Source: an uncultured Clostridia bacterium
Lineage (GTDB): Bacteria > Bacillota > Clostridia > Christensenellales > UBA1242
Assembly (NCBI GenBank): GCA_934748015.1
Contig: CAKVHF010000001.1
Coordinates: forward strand, 188,663 to 252,662
Length of the DNA: 64,000 nt
Reading direction: 5' to 3'
The notes under the pieces: model-generated
What the model was told of the DNA's origin: nothing
Seen by the model: the letters and a program-made list of their open reading frames with translations, nothing else
Database searches by the model: none
Translations under genes and position numbers: made by a program
In this document: piece by piece, positions 1-11,558 of the stretch
Layout: each line of letters begins with the position of its first letter
How positions within the stretch are numbered: position 1 is the stretch's first letter

Positions 1-759
1 CTTCTATTTGCTGTCCCAACAACTGCAGGAACGGGTAGCGAGGTGACTGTAGCTGCAGTTATAACCGATGAGGAGACGCATTTCAAGTATCCTATCAATG
101 ACTTCAATCTTATTCCTAGATATGCTGTCCTTGATTACAAAACAACTATTGGCTTGCCACCACACCTTACTTCTTCTACAGGACTAGATGCTTTAACACA
201 TTCGGTTGAGGCATATATTGGGCAGAGTTCCACTAAGTACACCAGAGCAAAAGCGGAAGAAAGTATTAAGTTAATCAAAGAAAACTTGTACACAGCATAT
301 TCTGACGGCAAAAACAAAGAGGCTAGAGCAAATATGCTACACGCATCTTATCTGGCAGGCATCGCTTTTACAAGGTCGTATGTGGGCTATGTCCATGCTG
401 TAGCTCACTCTCTTGGTGGTGCATATCGTGTTCCTCATGGACTAGCCAATGCAATTATTTTACCATATTTTTTGGACAAGTACGAGCCAAAAATTTATAA
501 AAAATTGGCTAAATTAGCCCGTATTATTGGACTAACAGACACACAAGATAACCATGAGGGTAGCAAAATATTTATCCAGTGGGTCAAGGACTTGTGTGCA
601 AGCATGGATATCCCTACTAAGGTTAAGGAATTGAAGGAAGAAGACATCCCAAGACTAGCAAAAATAGCGGACAAAGAGGGTAACCCGTTGTACCCAGTGC
701 CAATGCTTATGAATGCCAAGGAATTGGAAGAAATGTACAGAATGTTATTGGTTAAATAG
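1..759 (+). CDS. Iron-containing (group III) alcohol dehydrogenase, C-terminal ~250 aa; 5' end outside the window
   Basis: Frame 1 is open from base 1 (LLFAVPTTAGTGSEVT...). Fe-ADH hallmarks are present: the GTGSE loop and His-rich metal-ligand segments (LTHSVEAYIG, VHAVAHSLGG, VPHGLANA). Stop at 757-759. Confidence 0.85.
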   Translation, partial: LLFAVPTTAGTGSEVTVAAVITDEETHFKYPINDFNLIPRYAVLDYKTTIGLPPHLTSSTGLDALTHSVEAYIGQSSTKYTRAKAEESIKLIKENLYTAYSDGKNKEARANMLHASYLAGIAFTRSYVGYVHAVAHSLGGAYRVPHGLANAIILPYFLDKYEPKIYKKLAKLARIIGLTDTQDNHEGSKIFIQWVKDLCASMDIPTKVKELKEEDIPRLAKIADKEGNPLYPVPMLMNAKELEEMYRMLLVK

Positions 760-768
760 ATATTATGA

Positions 769-832
769 TAACACTTGCCGATACTATTGTTAGAAATATA
801 TTTAACAGCAGTTAAGCAAGTGTTATTTTTTT
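769..832 (+). terminator. Intrinsic terminator after the alcohol dehydrogenase gene
   Basis: TAACACTTGC (769-778) pairs with GCAAGTGTTA (816-825), followed by a T7 run. Confidence 0.6.
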
Positions 833-958
833 GCTATTTTTTTATCAATTGCTAAAATTGTTTTGAAAAAGCAAAATTTTGTGATAAAAATATATAGACT
901 TGAGTATTATTTATATTTAATAAATAATAAAGTTTCAAAAATTAAAAGGAATACAACT

Positions 959-2359
959 ATGACTAAAAGCAAAAAAATGTTGGCTACGATAATAGTCTTG
1001 GTGATTATGTTTGTGTCGGTTACCGGTGCATTAGTAGCGGTATTGGTGGCCAACACCCAGAGTGCTAAGTCTAATGTGCATGTTAAATATACAAGTACTG
1101 ATGTTAATGTGAGGGTTGAGGCAAAATATTATGTTGGAACAACTGGAACAGACTTGATGAACGGAACGTCAACCTATATAGATCTTGGTCCAACTTCGGA
1201 GATTGGATCACTTAATCAAGTTGCTAATGAGGTCTTGCTAGACAAGAACAATGATAAGATAATCTATGAGTATAAGTTCACTAACTTGTCGGACAAAATC
1301 CCTGCAACAATTCGCCAAACAGTAAACGCAGATAATACACTAATGATCCCAACAGATACATATAACAATGTGGGTATTACCTACACATCATCTTCTACAT
1401 CTCTAGGATCTGAAGCAACAAGCGATATGACAACACTAAATGCACAAGGACTTCCAATCAACACAACAAGATATGTGTATGTGATTGTTAGCATAACTGA
1501 TTTACTTAAGAATGTAGCATTCAATGGTGATTTTGGCTGGACTCTAGAGAAGGGTGAAGCTATAACAACCAATGCATCAAGCGGAAGCCAATCAATTGTT
1601 GTAGATACCACAGATGAGAAATTGTACAACAAGTCCGCTATGGAAAATCTACAGTTGGTAGTTGGTGTAGAAAATACCGAGCCTGAGTATCCTGTAATTG
1701 AAGGCAAGTGTTTTGTGGGATGGTATACGGATTCTAATTATGAGACTAAGGTAGAATTTCCTTTTTCACCTTCTGCAAGTGACATTTTATATCCAAAGCA
1801 TTTAACAGCGACTACAGATGTTGATTATGTTTATAATACTAATACAGAAACTTATGCTGCTGGCGGTGACTGGATACAATATTCAGGGTCTAGCACTACT
1901 ATTGTAATTGCAGATATATATGATGACGGTCAAAATGGCAAAGCATTGGTAACTGGGATGATGTGTGGATATGGTATGGCATATTTTAAAAATGACTTAG
2001 AAAACATTTATTTACCTTATTCACTTACAGATTTGGGAGATTACACATTTTATGGATGTACAAACTTGACCAACATAAACATACCACACAATGTTAAGAG
2101 AATAGGAACAAGTGCTTTTAATAGTTCTGGAATAACTAGTATCGTTATTGGTGCTCAGTTGAAAAGAATTTCACATTTGGCATTTGCTGGTTGTGATAAT
2201 TTACAAAGTGTAACATTTGAGGTTTGCTTTGGTTGGACTGTAACTGATAAAGAAAATAGTACTACAGGTGATGCTGTAACTATTTCCGCCACCGATTTCG
2301 CCGCCAATGCTACATTGCTAAAAACCACACATGTAAGCAAATATTGGAATAGGGCGTAA
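959..2359 (+). CDS. Membrane-anchored surface protein, paralog 1 (family N-domain + Listeria/Bacteroides-type repeat + BspA-type leucine-rich repeats)
   Basis: ATG at 959 follows AAAAGGA and is in frame within ORF 863-2359. N-terminus MTKSKKMLATIIVLVIMFVSVTGALVAVLVA is a signal anchor. N-domain is shared with the ORFs at 14517, 35335 and 47314. Contains the CFVGWYTD...LYPK repeat, LRR units (IGTSAFNSSGITSIVIG) and the family C-terminal tail NATLLKTTHVSKYWNRA. Confidence 0.8.
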   Translation: MTKSKKMLATIIVLVIMFVSVTGALVAVLVANTQSAKSNVHVKYTSTDVNVRVEAKYYVGTTGTDLMNGTSTYIDLGPTSEIGSLNQVANEVLLDKNNDKIIYEYKFTNLSDKIPATIRQTVNADNTLMIPTDTYNNVGITYTSSSTSLGSEATSDMTTLNAQGLPINTTRYVYVIVSITDLLKNVAFNGDFGWTLEKGEAITTNASSGSQSIVVDTTDEKLYNKSAMENLQLVVGVENTEPEYPVIEGKCFVGWYTDSNYETKVEFPFSPSASDILYPKHLTATTDVDYVYNTNTETYAAGGDWIQYSGSSTTIVIADIYDDGQNGKALVTGMMCGYGMAYFKNDLENIYLPYSLTDLGDYTFYGCTNLTNINIPHNVKRIGTSAFNSSGITSIVIGAQLKRISHLAFAGCDNLQSVTFEVCFGWTVTDKENSTTGDAVTISATDFAANATLLKTTHVSKYWNRA

Positions 2360-2387
2360 TTAGTATAAACATAATTTTAACAAATCT

Positions 2388-2433
2388 AAATTGCAAAGTT
2401 AAGATAGCAAAAAGTCTTGCTTTGCAATTTTTT
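2388..2433 (+). terminator. Intrinsic terminator after paralog 1
   Basis: AAATTGCAAAG (2388-2398) pairs with CTTTGCAATTT (2420-2430), followed by a T-run. Confidence 0.7.
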
Positions 2434-2662
2434 ATTGTGCAAAAATAAATAAATTAAGCCATTATCTTGCTTTTAGTTGACTTACAACAAATTGAGGTAT
2501 TTTTTCCCATTATACTTTTCTCGCCTTACACCGACCCCCGTAATTATATATATAAATATAGTATTATATTAATAATAACATTAATATATTTGCGTGCTCT
2601 TTGTGTGAAAAACAAGTGCGAAAAAAATTTTTAAAAAATTATAAAAAATTGTCATAAATCTG

Positions 2663-2691
2663 TTGACAATGGGATATAATACGCATATAAT
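2663..2691 (+). promoter_or_regulatory. Sigma-A type promoter of the hrcA-grpE-dnaK-dnaJ operon
   Basis: TTGACA (2663-2668), 17-nt spacer, TATAAT (2686-2691), immediately upstream of the CIRCE operator. Confidence 0.75.
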
Positions 2692-2695
2692 CTTA

Positions 2696-2722
2696 TTAGC
2701 ACTTAATGAAAGAGAGTGCTAA
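2696..2722 (+). promoter_or_regulatory. CIRCE operator (HrcA binding site)
   Basis: TTAGCACTT-N9-GAGTGCTAA matches the CIRCE consensus TTAGCACTC-N9-GAGTGCTAA with one mismatch. It lies between the promoter and hrcA. Confidence 0.92.
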
Positions 2723-2757
2723 CAATTAAAAACTAAGAGTGCTAAAAGGTGTATTAA

Positions 2758-3831
2758 GTGAAAGAAAAAAATGTAACAGAAGTTAAGTTGAATGAACGAA
2801 AAAGTCAGATACTACTTAATGCTGTCGAGAATTACATAGAGAATGCATCGCCTATAACAAGTGAGCGTGTGCAGACCAACATATTGTCGACACTATCCAG
2901 TGCGACATTGCGTAACGAACTAAATATGTTGGAGGAGATGGGATACTTAAGGCAGTTGTACACTAGTGGTGGTAGAGTTCCTACAACCAAAGCGTATAGA
3001 TATTATGTAGATACAGTTCTTAGCAACGATGCCCTTAATGTAGAGAATATAGCCAAAGTTGAGGAAAAGTTTAAAAAAAGGACATCTAACCTGAAAGATA
3101 TGTTGGATGGCTTGGCTGAAAGGGTGAGCGAGATACTAGAATATCCTACATTTGTTAATCTTACTAGTTACAAGACATTGACCATAGAGGCTGTCAATGT
3201 TATCCCAATTATTACTGGTGAGGCACTGATGTTGATCAAGACCAATGCGGGTATTATCAATAACACAGTCCCACTGAAAGACAATGTGACAGAAGATAAT
3301 TGCAAGGATGCAAGCAAGTTTCTGACAATACACTTGGCTAACAAAAAGATCAATGATGTAATAGAGCATTACAAAGATTATTCGGCATTGTTCCGAAAAG
3401 AATTGGATTATTTCCAAGATCTATTCTTCAATCTTACTTTGGTGTTGAAAGATTTTGCCGCTAACAAGACAAGTTTCAAGCGAGGCAATACCACCAAGTT
3501 GTTAGACAGCCCAGAGTGCAGAGATATTGACTCTGCTAAGAAGTTCTTAAGTGTTATTGAGAACAAAGACGAGATAGTCAAGATTATGGATAATCTAGAC
3601 GATGCCAATTCCAGCGAAGTTGTGTTCTCCATAGGTGATGAGAACAATAGCGAAGAATTGAATGAGTATAGCATAATCAAGGCTAATTATAGTTTGTCTG
3701 ACGGTATTGTGGCAAGCATTGGTGTGGTAGGTCCGGAGCGTATGGATTATGCCAAGATTGCATCGGTGTTGAAATACATTACTGACGAGATAAACGAGGA
3801 TAATAAGAAAGGAGATGAAACAAACAAATAG
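2758..3831 (+). CDS. hrcA: Heat-inducible transcription repressor HrcA
   Basis: GTG start preceded by AAAGGTG. N-terminal winged-helix segment (ERKSQILLNAVENYIENASPITSERV...SSATLRNELNMLEEMGYL). Position upstream of grpE-dnaK-dnaJ and downstream of CIRCE. Confidence 0.9.
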   Translation: MKEKNVTEVKLNERKSQILLNAVENYIENASPITSERVQTNILSTLSSATLRNELNMLEEMGYLRQLYTSGGRVPTTKAYRYYVDTVLSNDALNVENIAKVEEKFKKRTSNLKDMLDGLAERVSEILEYPTFVNLTSYKTLTIEAVNVIPIITGEALMLIKTNAGIINNTVPLKDNVTEDNCKDASKFLTIHLANKKINDVIEHYKDYSALFRKELDYFQDLFFNLTLVLKDFAANKTSFKRGNTTKLLDSPECRDIDSAKKFLSVIENKDEIVKIMDNLDDANSSEVVFSIGDENNSEELNEYSIIKANYSLSDGIVASIGVVGPERMDYAKIASVLKYITDEINEDNKKGDETNK

Positions 3832-3833
3832 CT

Positions 3834-4394
3834 ATGGAAGATAACAAACATAACGAAAAACATCACGAGCATCACAAACATCATGACAATCATGAACACA
3901 AGGAAGAGATCAAAGAAAAAGATCAATGCTGTTGCGGTGAAGCTTGCGAGTGCAAATCTAGCGATAACATCTCTGATAAGGCTACCGAATATCTAGAGTT
4001 AGCCCAAAGGATCAAAGCGGAATTTGATAATTACAAGAAGCGTAACGCAGAGATCACAACCACCAGTTACAATAATGGTATCGCAACTGCGGTGACTAAG
4101 ATTTTGCCTTGTATTGATAGTTTCAATCAAGCCAAGAGCAATATATCCGATCCAGCGGTGCTTAGTGGTGTAGAATTGATATATAACCAACTCATTAAGG
4201 GTCTAAGCGAACTTAATGTAGTTAAGATTGATTGCTTAGGCAAGTTGTTCGATCCCAACTTGCACAATGCAGTACTAGTAGGTAGAGATGATGCTTACCC
4301 AGAGGACACAGTTCTAGAGGAGTATCAAGCGGGCTTTACCTTAAATGGTAAGGTTATCCGACCTAGTACCGTCAAAGTAAATAAATTAGGATAG
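3834..4394 (+). CDS. grpE: Nucleotide exchange factor GrpE with a His/Cys-rich N-terminal extension
   Basis: Lies between hrcA and dnaK. GrpE-like core (YLELAQRIKAEFDNYKKR...FDPNLHNAV...GFTLNGKVIRPSTVKV). The first ~44 aa are HEHHKHHDNHEH...CCCGEACEC. Confidence 0.9.
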   Translation: MEDNKHNEKHHEHHKHHDNHEHKEEIKEKDQCCCGEACECKSSDNISDKATEYLELAQRIKAEFDNYKKRNAEITTTSYNNGIATAVTKILPCIDSFNQAKSNISDPAVLSGVELIYNQLIKGLSELNVVKIDCLGKLFDPNLHNAVLVGRDDAYPEDTVLEEYQAGFTLNGKVIRPSTVKVNKLG

Positions 4395-4423
4395 AAAATA
4401 TAATACATTAAACAAATAATTAA

Positions 4424-6268
<1,845 letters not shown>

Positions 6269-6363
6269 TTAACTAAATAGCGACCATGATAAGCATATCT
6301 AACATGTATTTGCTAGATATGCTTAATGTGGTTGTATACATATATAACAAGGGAAAGTAAAAA

Positions 6364-7530
6364 ATGGCTAATAAACAAAATTATTACGAGACATTGGGTG
6401 TAGACAAGTCGGCTAGTGATGACGAAATCAAATCAGCATATAGAAGAATGGCTAAGAAATATCACCCAGACCTAAACAAAGAAGCTGGTGCTGCTGAGAA
6501 GTTCAAAGAAGTCAACGAGGCTTATGAAGTCTTGTCTGACAAGACCAAAAGAAGCAATTATGACCAATATGGTGATCCTAATGGTGCTAGCAACTTCTTC
6601 CGTGGTGGTTCGTCAAGTGGTGCAGGTGCTGGCGGATTTAGTGGATTTAGCAGTAGTGACTTTGGCGAAGGCTTTAGTTTTGATGATATCTTTAGTATGT
6701 TTGGCGGTGGCGGATTTGGAAGCAGTAGATCCAATCGTGCTAGCAGTGCCGTCAAGGGACAAGATATTCAGGTTCAGATCACTTTGACCCTAAAAGAAGC
6801 TGCTCTGGGTTGCCAAAAAGATATCAATATCACTCGTGTTGACACATGCTCGGCTTGTAATGGCACAGGTGCTAAAGGCGGAACAGATTATACAACTTGT
6901 TCAACTTGTAAAGGTTCTGGTGTAGTTTCATATTCCGAAACAACACTATTTGGTAGAGTTGTAAGACAGGGACTATGTAAAGATTGTAATGGAACAGGTA
7001 AATCCATCCGTAACAAATGTACAGAGTGTGGTGGTGCTGGTGTCAAGAAAGTTAACAAAATTGTTTCAATTAACATCCCTGCAGGTATCGAAAATCATCA
7101 AGTTATAACCGTTCGTGGTTCTGGCAATGCTGGACAAAGGGGCGGAGCAAATGGTGACCTACACATTATTGTATCTATCAAGGAACACAAGTTGTTTGAG
7201 CGTGACGGTTGTGACCTAAGATTGAAAGTCTTTGTTCCATTCTACCTATTGTTACAAGGTGGTGATCTAGAAGTTCCACTTATTGACGGCTTTACTACTC
7301 TTAAGATACCAGAGTTGACACAGTCCAATACAGTATTTAAGATCAAGGGCAAGGGTGTTAAAGTGCTTAATCGTAATACTTATGGTGATCTAATAGTAAC
7401 AGTTGTTGCAGAAAGCCCTAAAACATTAACCAAAGAAGAGAAAAAGTTGCTGGATAGTTTGGCAGAAAAAATTAATCCAAATAGCTTTGCTAGATACAAA
7501 TCATATCTGAAAGATCTAGACAATCTATAA
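6364..7530 (+). CDS. dnaJ: Co-chaperone DnaJ (Hsp40)
   Basis: J-domain with HPD (KKYHPDLN), a G/F-rich region, and four CxxCxGxG zinc-finger repeats ([32 protein letters not shown]). Confidence 0.97.
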   Translation: MANKQNYYETLGVDKSASDDEIKSAYRRMAKKYHPDLNKEAGAAEKFKEVNEAYEVLSDKTKRSNYDQYGDPNGASNFFRGGSSSGAGAGGFSGFSSSDFGEGFSFDDIFSMFGGGGFGSSRSNRASSAVKGQDIQVQITLTLKEAALGCQKDINITRVDTCSACNGTGAKGGTDYTTCSTCKGSGVVSYSETTLFGRVVRQGLCKDCNGTGKSIRNKCTECGGAGVKKVNKIVSINIPAGIENHQVITVRGSGNAGQRGGANGDLHIIVSIKEHKLFERDGCDLRLKVFVPFYLLLQGGDLEVPLIDGFTTLKIPELTQSNTVFKIKGKGVKVLNRNTYGDLIVTVVAESPKTLTKEEKKLLDSLAEKINPNSFARYKSYLKDLDNL

Positions 7531-7635
7531 TGTGTGACATTATATGACATGTAGACGATGATGTGTTTGTTCTACATGAGGAGTTGTCGTCATACAATAA
7601 TAATGCTTTGATAAAATATTTAATATATAATAAAG

Positions 7636-7689
7636 ATTTCTTATGTTTTGTCTTAAAAAGAATAAGACTATAACATAAGAAATTTTTTC
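7636..7689 (+). terminator. Intrinsic terminator after dnaJ
   Basis: ATTTCTTATGTT (7636-7647) pairs with AACATAAGAAAT (7672-7683), followed by a T-run. Confidence 0.7.
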
Positions 7690-7734
7690 TTAAGTTTACA
7701 TATATTTTGCACTTTTAGCCCACACTACATATAT

Positions 7735-8292
7735 ATGGAGTGGTGGATTTTTGTTATAGGACTAATAGTGTATTTATCAATAATAGGACTGCAGGTAGAT
7801 GTAGATCTATACTACAATATAGCGGATAACAATGGCAGACTGATTGTCAAAGTTTTTAAGATCCCAGTCGTGTATCTTAACCTTAAGGTAGAGGGTAATG
7901 CAATTAGTTTTGTTGGCAAAAATAAGAAGAAAAAAGAAAAAAAATTGATAGTCAATCTTGCCAATATTGAGTTTGTTAAAAGATTAAAAAACAATATTGC
8001 TCACCGTATATATGTTAACAATCTAGAAGTAGATTGCATGCTGTCACTAACTAATCCTGCTATTGCATGCATTGCGTCTAGTGTGATAAAAAATGCACTA
8101 GATACAATCAAATATCTATTAACCAAAACTCAGGTTGAGGCTGTTGTAGACAACAATGTGGTGACGGGTTTTGACAAAAATAATTTAGTTATATTTCTGA
8201 CTGCCAATGTCTCATTTAGCATACTTGATTTTGTATGGGCTGTTGCAAAAACCGTATTTGAAAAAAGGAAAAATTATGGAAAACAAAGTTGA
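7735..8292 (+). CDS. Hypothetical membrane protein (possibly YtfI/DUF2953-like, judged by position upstream of ytfJ)
   Basis: 185-aa ORF with an N-terminal TM helix (WWIFVIGLIVYLSIIGL). It overlaps the start of the ytfJ-like gene as in an operon. The family assignment rests on context only. Confidence 0.4.
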   Translation: MEWWIFVIGLIVYLSIIGLQVDVDLYYNIADNNGRLIVKVFKIPVVYLNLKVEGNAISFVGKNKKKKEKKLIVNLANIEFVKRLKNNIAHRIYVNNLEVDCMLSLTNPAIACIASSVIKNALDTIKYLLTKTQVEAVVDNNVVTGFDKNNLVIFLTANVSFSILDFVWAVAKTVFEKRKNYGKQS

Positions 8293-8665
8293 TCAAATTA
8301 TTACAAATACTATCAAAGACCTCAAAAGTATGCTTGACGTAAATTCGGTTATTGGCTCTCCAATCAACGTTAGTTCTACAGTTACTATAATTCCTATATG
8401 CAAGCTTACCATGGGACTGGTTACTGGCGGTGGAGACGTAGGGAAAGAACGGTTCAAAAAGTTGAGTGATCGCAACTATTTAGGTGGCAGTGGAACAGGT
8501 ATTTCGTATAGTCCAGTTGGAGTGATTGCTGTCATTGGTGATAGTGTGAAATACATCTCCCTAGACGATCCAGTGCCATATTATGATATTGCTAAATCTA
8601 TAGAAAATACAATAAATAATATTGTAGATAAGGTGAAAAGTAATGAAAAGAATAATAAAAAATAG
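8276..8665 (+). CDS. ytfJ: Sporulation protein YtfJ (GerW family)
   Basis: ATG at 8276 follows AAAGGAA. Matches the YtfJ/GerW pattern (VIGSPINV...TIIPICKLTMGLVTGGGD...GGSGTGISYSPVGVIAV). Confidence 0.8.
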   Translation: MENKVDQIITNTIKDLKSMLDVNSVIGSPINVSSTVTIIPICKLTMGLVTGGGDVGKERFKKLSDRNYLGGSGTGISYSPVGVIAVIGDSVKYISLDDPVPYYDIAKSIENTINNIVDKVKSNEKNNKK

Positions 8666-9785
8666 CGTTTTGGTGTTGCTTGTGATATTTATATTATTTG
8701 CCGTTATGTTGCAAGTATTTGACAATAACATAGTATATGCTGACAACAATATGTATACTACAGCCAAATCAATGGTAGTATATGAGGGTAAGTATAGTAA
8801 GGTATTATATGAGAAAAATTGCCATGATAGACTAGCAATGGCTAGCACAACTAAGATTGCAACCGCTATCGTTGCTATTGAGAATTGTGAGGATTTAGAT
8901 GCTAAATTTGTAGTATCAGATAACGCAGTGGGTATCGAGGGAACTAGTATATATCTTAAGGAAGGTGAAGAGATATCTATGCGACAATTGTTGCTAGGGC
9001 TTATGCTTGCTAGTGGCAACGATTGTGCGGTTGCAATTGCCGAGTATTTTGGTTACGATACCTTTATGCAATGGCTTAATGAGTTGCCTACAACACTTGG
9101 TCTAACTGATACGCATTTTGACAATCCGCATGGACTAGATAGTGATACGCACTATACTTCCACATACGATCTAGCGGTTATAACTAACTATGCTTTGGAC
9201 AATGATGTATTCCGTGAGATTGTATCAACTAAGAGGGCGGTATTAGATGCTACTAATGTATCCAATGAACGATATCTTAAGCACAAGAATAAGTTGCTAT
9301 TTGCAATGGAAAATTGTATAGGTGTCAAGACTGGATTTACAGATAATGCTGGTCGATGCCTTGTTAATGCACATGAAGAGAATGGTATGCGAATTGTCTC
9401 TGTTGTGTTCAATTGTGGTCCAATGTTTGAAGAGTGTAGGGCGTTAACCGAAAAGGCTCTTGATGAGTATGAGGTTATGCAATTTGTTCAACCATATACT
9501 TATGTATCTGATGTTAATGTTGTTAATGGAGAGAAGAACAAAATTAGTCTAGTTACAATTAATGAGTATAGCGACTTGATATTGAAAGAAGATCACGATA
9601 GATATTCTGTTAAATATGATATTCCACAATCGGTGGAAGCACCTGTAGCACTTAATTCGCCATTGGGCAAAGTGTATGTATGCTATGATGATGGCATTGT
9701 TTATCAAGATGATCTATATGCAATAGATGAGACTAAGAATATTAATATTAAACACATCCTAGATGATATAATTCAGCAGTGGTAG
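8643..9785 (+). CDS. D-alanyl-D-alanine carboxypeptidase (PBP5/DacB/DacF-like serine peptidase S11)
   Basis: N-terminal signal/TM segment. SxxK motif (MASTTKIAT), SxN motif (LASGND) and KTG motif (GVKTGFT), plus a C-terminal PBP5-type domain. Confidence 0.85.
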   Translation: MKRIIKNSVLVLLVIFILFAVMLQVFDNNIVYADNNMYTTAKSMVVYEGKYSKVLYEKNCHDRLAMASTTKIATAIVAIENCEDLDAKFVVSDNAVGIEGTSIYLKEGEEISMRQLLLGLMLASGNDCAVAIAEYFGYDTFMQWLNELPTTLGLTDTHFDNPHGLDSDTHYTSTYDLAVITNYALDNDVFREIVSTKRAVLDATNVSNERYLKHKNKLLFAMENCIGVKTGFTDNAGRCLVNAHEENGMRIVSVVFNCGPMFEECRALTEKALDEYEVMQFVQPYTYVSDVNVVNGEKNKISLVTINEYSDLILKEDHDRYSVKYDIPQSVEAPVALNSPLGKVYVCYDDGIVYQDDLYAIDETKNINIKHILDDIIQQW

Positions 9786-9817
9786 TTGTTATTGTTTTAA
9801 CAACTATCATTTTTTTT
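9783..9817 (+). terminator. Intrinsic terminator after the carboxypeptidase gene
   Basis: TAGTTGTTA pairs with TAACAACTA; a T7 run begins 4 nt after the stem. Confidence 0.6.
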
Positions 9818-10060
9818 GACTATAAGACATATATATTTTTTATAATTATGTTTAGCATTATATAACACATTGTTATACAACGTTTTTATTTTTGAGTTTT
9901 ATATGGTTAACTAAATAATTTACTTGTTTTTTTCGACAAAAAACACAATTTGTTTATTTTTTTATAGGAAAATAATTTGTTGTGTGTTTTTGTTTTGAAA
10001 TTTGCGATGTTTTGTATATAATGACTAAATATTAGATCACTGCTAAGAATGGAGAGCAAT

Positions 10061-11011
10061 ATGAAAGAGTTTAGAAAAGTAAATTGTATAATTGATACCG
10101 ATCCAGGTGTCGATGATACTGCTGCTATAGCATTGTCGCTATATGATGATTTTATGGATATCAAGTTGATAACTACTGTATGTGGTAACTTGGATATAGA
10201 TACAGTAACTCGTAATGCGTTGCATGTATTAGAGAAATTTGAGCGTACAGATATTCCTCTTGCTAAGGGTTCACCTAAGGCGATGGAGCGTATTAGTCCA
10301 GATGCTAAGTTTATTCATCAGAATGATGGAATGGGTAACTATATTCCGCCCAAGACAACTAAATTGAAACCTATTAAAAAAGATGCAATTGAAGCTATGT
10401 ACGAGACTATTGTTGCCAATAAGGGCAATATCAATATTATTGCACTGGGACCTCATACCAACTTGGGACATCTTATCACTCAACACCCAGATGTAGTTGG
10501 CATGATTAACCATATTTACTGCGAAGGATGTTCACCTTATGGCTGGAAGAGTGAGGGCAAGTGGATCAACTATGTATCATTCAATGTTTCTAGTGATCCA
10601 GAGGCTTTCCAGATTGTTATGAATAGTGGTATTCCTATCACAATCGTTCCTTCTCGTATGGGTAGAGAATTGGCCAACTTCAATGAGAAAGAAGTATATG
10701 CGTTGAAAGAAATTAACGATGTAGGACATTTCCTATTTGATATGTATAGTGGATACTGGGAGCATAATTATCCAGATAAGCGTATTGCAACTAACGATAC
10801 TTGTGCTGTTCTTGCAATGCGTTTCCCAAAACTATTCAAGACCATGAAGGTTAACTTCTTAGTTAACACTACCGATATGCCGGGTAAAACAATTATTACT
10901 CCTGTTAAAGATAGCCATATCAGTTTCATCTACAAGGTTAATAGAAGAAAAATGCATAAATTCTATCGTAATGCAGTAAAACACCTTGATGCATTCAAGT
11001 TTTATGAGTAA
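10061..11011 (+). CDS. Nucleoside hydrolase (inosine/uridine-preferring, IUNH family)
   Basis: N-terminal Asp cluster IIDTDPGVDDTAAI typical of IUNH. ATG 10061 sits 6 nt after GGAGAG; an alternative start exists at 10049. Confidence 0.85.
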   Translation: MKEFRKVNCIIDTDPGVDDTAAIALSLYDDFMDIKLITTVCGNLDIDTVTRNALHVLEKFERTDIPLAKGSPKAMERISPDAKFIHQNDGMGNYIPPKTTKLKPIKKDAIEAMYETIVANKGNINIIALGPHTNLGHLITQHPDVVGMINHIYCEGCSPYGWKSEGKWINYVSFNVSSDPEAFQIVMNSGIPITIVPSRMGRELANFNEKEVYALKEINDVGHFLFDMYSGYWEHNYPDKRIATNDTCAVLAMRFPKLFKTMKVNFLVNTTDMPGKTIITPVKDSHISFIYKVNRRKMHKFYRNAVKHLDAFKFYE

Positions 11012-11019
11012 AATACACT

Positions 11020-11045
11020 AAGCCAACGCTTGTTGGCTTTTTTGT
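11020..11045 (+). terminator. Intrinsic terminator after the nucleoside hydrolase gene
   Basis: AAGCCAAC-GCTT-GTTGGCTT hairpin plus T-run. Confidence 0.8.
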
Positions 11046-11185
11046 TAGGCTTATTTTGTTTTCTTATTTTATGTAATTTTTTCTTGCAATCTTTACTTTA
11101 CTTATTTCAGTAGAAATTGTATAATTGGTAAGAAAAGTAAGACAAATCTTACCGACAAAACATAAACAAGGAGGTTTAGAGGCAA

Positions 11186-11398
11186 ATGCCTAATACAGAC
11201 GGCAAATATTTATGGACAACCAAAGTAACCAGCAAAGGGCAAATTGTTATACCAAAGGAAGCAAGAGAGATATTTCATATTGCAGAAGGTGACACATTGA
11301 TCCTTCTTGGTGATATTGATAGAGGTATTGCGATAGCAAAATATGACGATTATGTTAATTTTGCTAAGCAGATATTTGAGGCTGGTGACAAACATTAA
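11186..11398 (+). CDS. AbrB/MazE/SpoVT-family DNA-binding protein (70 aa)
   Basis: Swapped-hairpin barrel motif VTSKGQIVIPKEAREIFHIAEGDTLILLGD; strong RBS AAGGAGG. Confidence 0.75.
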   Translation: MPNTDGKYLWTTKVTSKGQIVIPKEAREIFHIAEGDTLILLGDIDRGIAIAKYDDYVNFAKQIFEAGDKH

Positions 11399-11410
11399 AC
11401 AAAGGATTAA

Positions 11411-11505
11411 TATTATCGGAAGTCAGAAGAAAGCAGTGCGAAGCAATATTTTCTTATGACTGATGTTTATTCAATCTATGTAACCACAATTTATTGTGGA
11501 TTTGC
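11411..11505 (+). repeat. Structured 95-nt element, tandem copy 1 (upstream of the ABC exporter genes)
   Basis: Conserved 5' TATTATCGGAAGT. Hairpin with 11-nt arms (11422-11432 / 11450-11460) and a 17-nt loop. Conserved 3' CTGATGTTTATTCAATCTATGTAACCACAATTTATTGTGGATTTGC, which includes the CCACAAT-TTA-TTGTGG palindrome. Confidence 0.6.
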
Positions 11506-11558
11506 GTTTAGCAAATTGGTTTGCGAATGCAATGAACAAATCAACATCACATAGATTA

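Noticed and set aside
2461-2640. Very AT-rich stretch with one short CCGACCCCCG island upstream of the hrcA promoter
   Set aside because: No repeat, hairpin or ORF could be supported. It is probably ordinary intergenic spacer or an UP-element-like AT tract.
6291-6324. 11-bp hairpin (AAGCATATCTA / TAGATATGCTT) between dnaK and dnaJ as a terminator
   Set aside because: No T-run follows it, and dnaJ is normally co-transcribed. At most it is a partial attenuator or mRNA-stability hairpin, so I did not call it a terminator.
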